Positions 7,951 to 14,567 of a DNA stretch of 14,567 nucleotides are shown here, piece after piece; position 1 is the stretch's first letter, and each line of letters opens with the position of its first letter. The notes beneath the pieces were generated by a model. The model worked only from the letters and a program-made list of their open reading frames with translations. It had not been told where the DNA came from and ran no database searches. Origin of the DNA: an uncultured bacterium (lineage in GTDB: Bacteria > T1Sed10-126); contig CAZMIT010000027.1 of assembly GCA_964566495.1 (NCBI GenBank), positions 3,144-17,710 of the forward strand, written 5' to 3'. A program made the position numbers and the translations under genes.

Positions 7951-8454
7951 TCAAGAGCGCTGCAGAATAATGGCGCCGGTAAAAGTAGTTAATACTAATA
8001 CCATTACACCGATTAAGACAAGCGGATAATCAGCAGAAATGACTTCGCCCAGGTATTGTAGCGGCTCCCCGCCGAGTAAGTCCAGAGCAAAATCACCCGG
8101 TAAAAGTGTGGCTTCGGCGAAGGGTAAAAAGAGAACTAATAAAATTATTAGTACTGGTAGCCACAGAACTAATCCGCTCCAATAAGTCTTGACGTCGTAG
8201 CTATCGTTATCAGCTTCTTTTTTAGAAGAAAGAGCGGGTACGAAAAAATATAAAATTGCCAGGGAATTAAGGCCAAAATATCCGAGATAAAGCAGGGCAA
8301 GAAATGTCTCTCCGAGCAAAAGAAGCATACTGGAAAGGAGCGCACAGAGCAGACCTGCAATCCAGACACCGTTGCTAATACGTCGTACAACAACCAGGGC
8401 AATACCGGCGCTCAGGGCAGTCAAAGCCAGGAAAAAGAATAATAAATGTTCCAT
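7951..8454 (-). CDS. nuoJ: Complex I NuoJ-like 5-TM subunit (divergent)
   Basis: Five hydrophobic segments. Motifs LLLGETFLALL and LGEVISADYPL..GAIIL follow the NuoJ pattern. ATG at 8454 preferred over TTG at 8466 because GGTGA (8460-8464) lies 5 nt upstream. Confidence 0.75.
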   Translation of the reverse strand: MEHLLFFFLALTALSAGIALVVVRRISNGVWIAGLLCALLSSMLLLLGETFLALLYLGYFGLNSLAILYFFVPALSSKKEADNDSYDVKTYWSGLVLWLPVLIILLVLFLPFAEATLLPGDFALDLLGGEPLQYLGEVISADYPLVLIGVMVLVLTTFTGAIILQRS

Positions 8455-8459
8455 GCTAT

Positions 8460-9521
8460 TCACCAATCACCTTGATTGGACGCGTAATTGCGGCTGGACG
8501 CCTTCAGACGCCAGAGAATAATGAGAAAAATTATCAACCAGCCTGCTTGTAGAAATATCCATTCCCCACTGCCTGGTGTTATATACATTGTGGCGCTTGC
8601 AGTTATGAAATAATTAATTACTGCAAGTGGCAGCAGCACCCCCCAGATACCACGTAAGAGCTGATCAAAACGTAATCTGGGTAGAGATAATTTGAGCTGA
8701 AAAAGCAAATAAATTAGCAGGAATGTTTTGAGGAAAAACCATGATATAGAGCGTAGTGAATCAACAATCGGATTCTGAAAGAGGGTTTCTGCCAGGGCAT
8801 AATTTTCAAACGGAGACATCCAGCCGCCAAAATATAAAATTACAAAGACCGCCGAAATAAATAATATTAGTCCGCTGCGTGAAAGTACCTGGAGGACATC
8901 AATATTCTCCCCCCTACTCTCAAGTTTGCCCGGGAGGGGAGAGAATAGAAAAAAGGCGATGAGAAAAAGAAGGGCTCCTACAGGTTGATTTAGGATTGTC
9001 CAGCCTTTCTCGGCCTGGTAGTAGACCTGATCTCTAAAACTTGTCGTATTGGCGCCGGCAAGCAGGCCCAGAAACAAGACAAAAAACAAAAGACCCAGAC
9101 TTAAATTAAAAATTATTTGTCGTCGGTCCCAGTGTTCAGTAAAGCAAGTTGATAAAGATTTTGAAAGTAGATAAAAAAAGCCGGCTATAAAGGGAACAAA
9201 CAGACTCCAATCGGGCGAGGCAATTCCCAGCAGCTGAAAATCAACCAGGTCGGGATGAAACTCGGAAACGGACAAACTATAATCCCCAAGTGGAAGGACG
9301 ACAAAACAGCCGGCGAGCAGAGCAATTTTAAAAGCCACTAAAAAATCCTGTCGAGTATGAGAATAAGCCCGGGCAGAAGCGGTTTCAGGAGCAAAGGAAG
9401 AAATATTATCAACAATATACCGCTCAAGCAAATAAACTAAAAATACGGTTACTGTTAGGAAAAATAAAAATAAAACCGCGTGGAGCAAAGAAATAATTAG
9501 CCATAATCCCCAGTAATACAA
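8460..9521 (-). CDS. nuoH: Complex I NuoH-like membrane subunit (divergent)
   Basis: Motifs YLLER, Q..GW...QPVG, LYFGGW, WFFLKT, LPRLRFDQLL and W.VLLPLAVIN. TTG start directly follows the nuoD TAA. Confidence 0.85.
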   Translation of the reverse strand: MYYWGLWLIISLLHAVLFLFFLTVTVFLVYLLERYIVDNISSFAPETASARAYSHTRQDFLVAFKIALLAGCFVVLPLGDYSLSVSEFHPDLVDFQLLGIASPDWSLFVPFIAGFFYLLSKSLSTCFTEHWDRRQIIFNLSLGLLFFVLFLGLLAGANTTSFRDQVYYQAEKGWTILNQPVGALLFLIAFFLFSPLPGKLESRGENIDVLQVLSRSGLILFISAVFVILYFGGWMSPFENYALAETLFQNPIVDSLRSISWFFLKTFLLIYLLFQLKLSLPRLRFDQLLRGIWGVLLPLAVINYFITASATMYITPGSGEWIFLQAGWLIIFLIILWRLKASSRNYASNQGDW

Positions 9522-10649
9522 TTAAAACAACCCCAGGCTTGCGGCCATCACAGCTAAATCTTCCGGCCGGACTCTTTGTGCAAAACGGCGTAAACTTTGA
9601 AAATTAACAAACCCCGGTTCCCGCAGCTGAGCCTCCACTAAATTTTCCCGTAAAACACGGGCATAACAACCTAATTCCCCTGAGGCAGACTCAATGGAAA
9701 AGTAAACCTCTTCATTACTGGTATCATATTTTCCACCGACGAGAATCATGCGGCGGCCAAATAAATGTGGTTGCAATTTAATTTTATATTCTTCGGGGGC
9801 CAGGGTAAGCAAATCAGCGGCAGAGTAATCGCGTCCAGACACCACGCGAGTTATTTGGCCCAGGATGTTTATGGATTGTTTCAACTCCAAAAAGCGAACG
9901 CGAAACCTGTCGTGAATGTCTCCTCTTTTACCAATTGGAATCCGGAATTTAATCTCTTTGTAAGCGTTGTAAGGGGTGTCTTTTCTTAAGTCACGGCGGA
10001 CACCGGAAGCTCTTAAAGTTGGACCTGTCACCCCCCAATCGAGAGCAGTTTCGATATCAATTTTTCCCTCGTTTCGAGTTCGAGCCATAAAAAAAGAATC
10101 ATTGATAAGGTTTTTCTCATAATAATTTAAGCGATTTTTTAAAATTGTTAAAATCTCATCCGTCGACTCAAAAAAGGCTGACTTTATCTCCCCTTTAAAT
10201 CCCCCGGGAACGATGTAATTCTGACCATGGGGGGTGGTAGATAGCTCGTGTAAACAGCCGTGTATTAACCTCGCGTCTCTTCCTATTTCGCTGGCTACGC
10301 GAAAGGCACCGACGCCATGGGCAGCCAGCGCGAGGCAATTAAGGTGCCCGGTCATCCGTAACAGTTCGGCGACCATACAGCGCAAAATCCTGATCAAGGG
10401 GTTGGGACTTTCGAATTCGAGAAGCTGTTCGACCGTGATAGCAAATAGTAGCCGTCGCTCTTGAAGGCGGTAATTGACCAGGTGACTGGAAAATTTACCG
10501 TCTTGCTCGCCGTGACGAAGACGGGGGATAAATCTGTTAACGCCACTCTCGCCCACCTCCAGATTGCCGCCGGGATAAAAACCGGCAGGCTGGTATTCCG
10601 GGGGGAGAAGGTCAATTTCACGTAAACCGGTGGGCCAGGCGGTAATCAA
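9522..10649 (-). CDS. nuoD: Complex I NuoD-like (49 kDa) subunit, degenerate at both termini
   Basis: Motifs ELLRMTGHL, PGG, ARTRNEG, GVTGPTLRASGVRRDLRKDTPY, GDIHDRFRVRFLELKQS, ESASGELG and REPGFVNFQ. TTG start overlaps the nuoC TGA (TTGA), GGAG at 10658-10661. No CxxC Ni-binding motifs. Confidence 0.9.
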   Translation of the reverse strand: MITAWPTGLREIDLLPPEYQPAGFYPGGNLEVGESGVNRFIPRLRHGEQDGKFSSHLVNYRLQERRLLFAITVEQLLEFESPNPLIRILRCMVAELLRMTGHLNCLALAAHGVGAFRVASEIGRDARLIHGCLHELSTTPHGQNYIVPGGFKGEIKSAFFESTDEILTILKNRLNYYEKNLINDSFFMARTRNEGKIDIETALDWGVTGPTLRASGVRRDLRKDTPYNAYKEIKFRIPIGKRGDIHDRFRVRFLELKQSINILGQITRVVSGRDYSAADLLTLAPEEYKIKLQPHLFGRRMILVGGKYDTSNEEVYFSIESASGELGCYARVLRENLVEAQLREPGFVNFQSLRRFAQRVRPEDLAVMAASLGLF

Positions 10650-11146
10650 TTTTTCTGCTCCACGGGGTTATTTACATCTGGCTCTGACCTGGACTCGGAT
10701 TCAAATTTTTTAAACTTGGATGAGTAACCGGAAGTATAGACGGGCTGACGAGCATTATCGTCATCATAAAAATTTATATCGTGTAATTCAAGACAGCGCT
10801 GTTGAAGCCAGCCAGCGGAAGACCAGATAGCGGCCAGGTCGGGAAATCTCTCTGATTTCTCTGCTTTAACTGCCAGGTTTAACCTATAATCAAGCTTATG
10901 AGAATAAAGGTGCCAGACTACTTCACGACTTTTATTTTTAGCCCCTGAGTTCTCAGGTGATACAGTTATATCGGTAAGATGAAGAAAATAATAAGGTTCG
11001 GTATCTTTCAACGCCTGACATACAAGATTCAGGCGCTGGGATGGCAGAATTACTTTAAGTTGCTCCCCTTTTTCCAGTCGAATGACCTTCAACGGATCTG
11101 ATGGCTCCAGCATATTTTTGATAAAGGTAGCTACTTCTACTTCCAT
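10646..11146 (-). CDS. nuoC: Complex I NuoC-like (30 kDa) subunit (divergent)
   Basis: Motifs LTDIT, EVVWHLYS and FPDLAAIWSSAGW follow the NuoC pattern. Located directly before nuoD. Confidence 0.8.
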   Translation of the reverse strand: MEVEVATFIKNMLEPSDPLKVIRLEKGEQLKVILPSQRLNLVCQALKDTEPYYFLHLTDITVSPENSGAKNKSREVVWHLYSHKLDYRLNLAVKAEKSERFPDLAAIWSSAGWLQQRCLELHDINFYDDDNARQPVYTSGYSSKFKKFESESRSEPDVNNPVEQKN

Positions 11147-11472
11147 TTTTCTGCTACCACCTTACCGCCTATTAGTAGACCTGAGAAAAATATAATTCCG
11201 GCGAAAAGCAGAAGTAAATAGTGACGATAGCCGGATTCAGTGCCGCGAGTGGTAAGAGGCAATAAAATAATCATAAAAGCGGAAAAAAATGAAAAAAGAA
11301 GCGAAAAAAACAGGGTAATCTTATCGGAATCTATAGACCTGGCATATTTTTGGCCAAAGCGTGGCAAGGGCAGGCCATCTTTTGCCAGAGTCAGGTAAGA
11401 AAACAAAATAAATGTGACAAAAAATGGAATTATTAGAACCGGGACCCAGTCAACAACAAAACGCCAATTCAT
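11137..11472 (-). CDS. nuoA: Complex I NuoA-like 3-TM subunit (very divergent)
   Basis: 111 aa with one TM, a loop and two TMs, ending GKVVAEKWK (compare the NuoA KG.L.W end). First gene of the nuo-like run. The call rests mostly on size, topology and position. Confidence 0.6.
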   Translation of the reverse strand: MNWRFVVDWVPVLIIPFFVTFILFSYLTLAKDGLPLPRFGQKYARSIDSDKITLFFSLLFSFFSAFMIILLPLTTRGTESGYRHYLLLLFAGIIFFSGLLIGGKVVAEKWK

Positions 11473-11481
11473 GGGCCTGTC

Positions 11482-13236
11482 TTACAATTTACCCACGGTC
11501 TGCTCCCAGTATTGGGGCAGAATTTCTGCAAACCTCTGTTCTTTAGCTTCACCTATGTTTCCTTCCTCGCGGTGTTCTTCTACGATCTCTCTTTCCTCCT
11601 GCTCACGTTTTTCGATGAACTCCTCAAGTTCAATTATTGCCCTCAACATACGGTCACGTTCCCAGCGTTCCCAGAGCCCACGACCAAACAGACGTCCCAT
11701 TAGATTGAAATGGTTGGATTTTAAAATAGGCAAATCTGGCGTTTTCGCTTCCATGCCGGAGTAGCTACCTCGAGCCAGCTGCTTAATTTGCCGGTGAAGT
11801 GGCCAGGAGTCCAATTCCTCCTGTCTGATTAAGCGAGCAGTTTTAAAACAGGTCATAGTTTCATATCCACCGTGATAATCACGAGCATTCAGGGTCGGAT
11901 AGTTTTTTAGCGCCGGTCGCCAGTGTTCAATCAGCCTGATCTCCTCGATGGCTTCACTTCTAAAATAGGGGCAGCCGGATATCAGACCGTCATCGTACAT
12001 TTTTTGAAACCAGTCTCCAGAGTCGGGCCGATCGGAAAGACGCAGGAGTTCATCAGTTATTCTCTCCCGGCTTACATCCTGCAATCTACCTACTGTAGCG
12101 CCAATTTTTTGTTGAAGTTCGTCAGCAAAAATCAGGTTGTGATCAGCAGCAAGACGATAAGCTCTGAGCAGACGCAAGGGATCTTCATCCAATGAATTGT
12201 TAGAAGTCAGGCGAAGTATTCGCTGTTCAGCGTCATGACGACCGTCGACCGGGTCAACCCAGGATTCTCTAACCATGTCCAGGGCAATGCTATTAATAGT
12301 GAAATCACGTCGCTCTAAATCTTCTACAACCTCCTGTTCACCCACTACTGTAACATCTACCTGGACTTTTTCGCCCGGGAGCCGATACATTTGTCGTTCC
12401 TCGTCAAGCGTGAACCAGCTCCCTCCAAACTCGTCCTCCAGCTCGGTCCGAATTTCGTTATCGAAATTTGTAACCATCAGATCGTAGTCGTCGGGTTGCT
12501 TGCCAGTTAATAAGTCCCGGACGGTGCCGCCCAGCAGAAAGACACCAATTTCCTGTTCAGTGAAAGGTTTGACGAGATCTTCAATTTTAGAGCGTTCGGT
12601 TCCAGCCGTCCGATCAGCTAACCGGAGGGGCTCCGGCAAACGAGAATTTTCGGTAAATAGAGGTTCTACAACTTTTGGAACGTATTCGTTGGAAATCATG
12701 TGACCGGGGGATAGAAAAATTGGGTCAGCACCTTCCATAGATCTAACGGCGTAGCCAACCGGTTCTCCATCCCAGATTTGTGTGGAAGCCCCCGTCTGTT
12801 CGGCTGGTTCATCGTATTCACCGACAAGAATATTCTTGGCACAGCCAATGGTGGGGGTATCTAAAAACAATCCGATGTGTGAGGCTAACCCCATCCGGCG
12901 CGGGTGAGCGTAACCGTGACCATCCACAAGAAAACAATCTGGTCTGGCCTTCAAGCACATTGCAGCTTCAATCATCGGCGGAGCTTCTCTGAAAGCCAGC
13001 AAACCGGAGATATAGGGGAAATTCAGTTCAGAAATTTTTACAACCTGTTCATAGACCCGGCGGTTGGTCAGTGAATAGCTGACCGCCGAAGCGATACAGA
13101 TTCGGCTGTCCGGATAAAAAGATACGTCCAGTCCGGCTACCAGTTCTACCTCCGGTTCGCCGTCAAGAATGCAATCTTCCGCCAGTTCTTCCTGTAACAT
13201 ACGAGCCTCTTCTTCGTTCATATCCCATGGATGCAT
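11482..13236 (-). CDS. nfi: Fusion protein: N-terminal endonuclease V (aa ~1-210) plus class II tRNA nucleotidyltransferase, probably CC-adding type (from aa ~228)
   Basis: EndoV motifs: AGLDVSF, FPYISGLLAFRE, VDGHGYAHPRRMGLASHIG, IGCAK, PIFLSPGH, RLPEPLRLAD. NTase motifs: LLGGTVRDLL...DYDL, DLERRDFTINSIA, DP..G..D, EDPLRLLRAYRL, SRERITDEL. One open frame, AGGTGAT RBS at 13242-13248. Confidence 0.92.
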   Translation of the reverse strand: MHPWDMNEEEARMLQEELAEDCILDGEPEVELVAGLDVSFYPDSRICIASAVSYSLTNRRVYEQVVKISELNFPYISGLLAFREAPPMIEAAMCLKARPDCFLVDGHGYAHPRRMGLASHIGLFLDTPTIGCAKNILVGEYDEPAEQTGASTQIWDGEPVGYAVRSMEGADPIFLSPGHMISNEYVPKVVEPLFTENSRLPEPLRLADRTAGTERSKIEDLVKPFTEQEIGVFLLGGTVRDLLTGKQPDDYDLMVTNFDNEIRTELEDEFGGSWFTLDEERQMYRLPGEKVQVDVTVVGEQEVVEDLERRDFTINSIALDMVRESWVDPVDGRHDAEQRILRLTSNNSLDEDPLRLLRAYRLAADHNLIFADELQQKIGATVGRLQDVSRERITDELLRLSDRPDSGDWFQKMYDDGLISGCPYFRSEAIEEIRLIEHWRPALKNYPTLNARDYHGGYETMTCFKTARLIRQEELDSWPLHRQIKQLARGSYSGMEAKTPDLPILKSNHFNLMGRLFGRGLWERWERDRMLRAIIELEEFIEKREQEEREIVEEHREEGNIGEAKEQRFAEILPQYWEQTVGKL

Positions 13237-13465
13237 CTGTCATCACCTGCAGTGAGTTTGAACTTGATATATTTAAATTTCAACCAAAGTTATTTTTTTA
13301 GTCATGTTCCATGTCTCTTTTCTTTCCATCAAAAAAATTCTAACCTATATAGTGAAAAAATAACAGACCAATCCCGGCGGATTTAAAACTACCCGAATAT
13401 ACCGTCATTAGCGACCTCGGTTCAAGTTCAGCAGAACACTTCTTGGCAGAGAAAGGAAGATACAA

Positions 13466-14503
13466 ATGAAAATCATTCTGCAAAAGATATTCCCGATTAT
13501 TTTAATTCTTTTTCTTTTGCTTGGATTAATTTTCCTGCGAACGGAAAAGGAAGCAGAGCTGATCAGACGCGATTTTACAACTATGGGAACTTTTCTGCGT
13601 ATTATGGTGCGAGATGCAGCTGCCGCTGAAGCGGTGGAAGAGGCTTACGAGGAAGTCGAACGGATAAACCATCTCTTTTCGAATTACCGTGACGACAGTC
13701 TTACTTCCAAAATAAATAATAATCCCGGTGAACTCGTGGAAGTAACACCGGAGTTCATGAAGCTGCTGGAGCAAGCCAAAAAATATCATGACAAAAGCGA
13801 CGGTCTTTTCGACATTACCGTTGGCCCGCTGGTTGACCTCTGGGGATTTTACCGACAGGAAGAAAATATACCGGAGAAAGATGAAATAGCGCATGCTCGG
13901 GAGCTGGTAGGGTTGCATCAACTTGAGATCACCGACACAAACGTAATCCTACCCCGGGAGGAAATGCACCTTGACTTTGGAGCACTGGCCAAGGGGTATG
14001 CCGTCGATCGGGCGTCAAAAGTTCTCAGGGAAGCAGGATTCAACAATCACCTGATAAATCTTGGTGGAAATATTTATGCCGGTGGTTATGGACCGGAAGA
14101 TGAGAAGTGGACGATAGGCATACAAAATCCACGGGCGCAAAATGAAATTGACGCCGTTCTCAACGTAAGTGATGCCGGGGTTGGAACAAGCGGTGATTAC
14201 GAGAGAACATTTTTTCATGAAGGTGAAAGATATTCACACATTATCAATCCGGTAAGCGGTCGCCCTGTACAGGGAGTGGCTGCGACTACTGTGGTCGCCG
14301 ACGATGCCCTGGAGGCTGATCTGCTGTCGACCTCACTCTATTTGACGACTGCGGAAAAAGGGTTGATGGAAATAGAGCATGACACCTTTCTGGTCGCGAA
14401 GACAGACAAAGACGAACTTAGCTACTCCGTTACTCCAGATTTTCAAAAATTGTTGAGCGAGAAGAGAGAAGCGGTGCGCAATGCAGAAATGATTGATTTT
14501 TAG
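13466..14503 (+). CDS. apbE: FAD:protein FMN transferase (ApbE family), N-terminally membrane anchored
   Basis: Motifs TMGT, FDITVGPLVDLWGF, LDFGALAKGYAVD, NLGGNI, WTIGIQNPR, TSGDYER, YSHIINP and AD..ST. Hydrophobic N-terminal segment without a lipobox Cys. AAGGAAG upstream. Confidence 0.95.
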   Translation: MKIILQKIFPIILILFLLLGLIFLRTEKEAELIRRDFTTMGTFLRIMVRDAAAAEAVEEAYEEVERINHLFSNYRDDSLTSKINNNPGELVEVTPEFMKLLEQAKKYHDKSDGLFDITVGPLVDLWGFYRQEENIPEKDEIAHARELVGLHQLEITDTNVILPREEMHLDFGALAKGYAVDRASKVLREAGFNNHLINLGGNIYAGGYGPEDEKWTIGIQNPRAQNEIDAVLNVSDAGVGTSGDYERTFFHEGERYSHIINPVSGRPVQGVAATTVVADDALEADLLSTSLYLTTAEKGLMEIEHDTFLVAKTDKDELSYSVTPDFQKLLSEKREAVRNAEMIDF

Positions 14504-14517
14504 ACTAATTATAAGTT

Positions 14518-14567
14518 TCTTAAGTTTAAAGTTTAACTCTGACACTCTTAAGTTTAAAGTTTAACTC
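14518..14567. repeat. Direct tandem repeat with 28-bp period, truncated by the window end
   Basis: TCTTAAGTTTAAAGTTTAACTC is identical at 14518-14539 and 14546-14567, separated by TGACAC. Confidence 0.85.

Noticed and set aside
9522..10649. Group 4 [NiFe]-hydrogenase large subunit or Ehr complex
   Set aside because: No N- or C-terminal CxxC motifs, no small Fe-S subunit, and the A/J/K/L/M/N complement and order are nuo-type.
2790..11472. Pseudogenised nuo operon
   Set aside because: No frameshifts or premature stops, lengths near canonical, RBSs and stop/start overlaps retained. Relaxed selection cannot be excluded without comparative data.
13258..13283. Imperfect palindrome TTGAA...TTCAA upstream of the EndoV fusion
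   Set aside because: Three mismatches in 13 pairs in AT-rich DNA, plausible by chance, and no regulator can be assigned.
4519..14545. Remaining short ORFs (60-151 aa) overlapping the called genes
   Set aside because: All are nested in or antisense to stronger genes and none resembles NuoB, NuoI or another known family.
14518..14567. CRISPR array
   Set aside because: Only 6 nt lie between the identical segments, far too short for a spacer, and there are no cas genes in the window.

Overview
Bacterial genomic window with four parts. (1) On the minus strand at the left: two tandem, non-canonical carbamoyltransferase genes (one YgeW-like) under a sigma70-type promoter with a long, possibly structured leader, followed by an intrinsic terminator and the first 13 codons of a carbamate kinase. 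(2) An 8.7 kb minus-strand complex I (nuo)-like operon in the order A-C-D-H-J-K-L-M-N. It lacks every Fe-S subunit (NuoB, NuoI, NuoE/F/G), and most of the charged residues for quinone coupling and proton pumping are replaced, yet all nine frames are intact and mostly tightly coupled. (3) Nine nt upstream of nuoA, a 584-aa fusion of endonuclease V to a class II tRNA nucleotidyltransferase that looks like a CC-adding enzyme. (4) A divergent apbE flavin transferase gene. There is also a BoxC-like inverted repeat pair and a 28-bp tandem repeat at the window end. The best novelty candidates are the Fe-S-free, de-charged complex I derivative and the EndoV-nucleotidyltransferase fusion. All motif alignments were made by eye from remembered consensus sequences; no searches were run.
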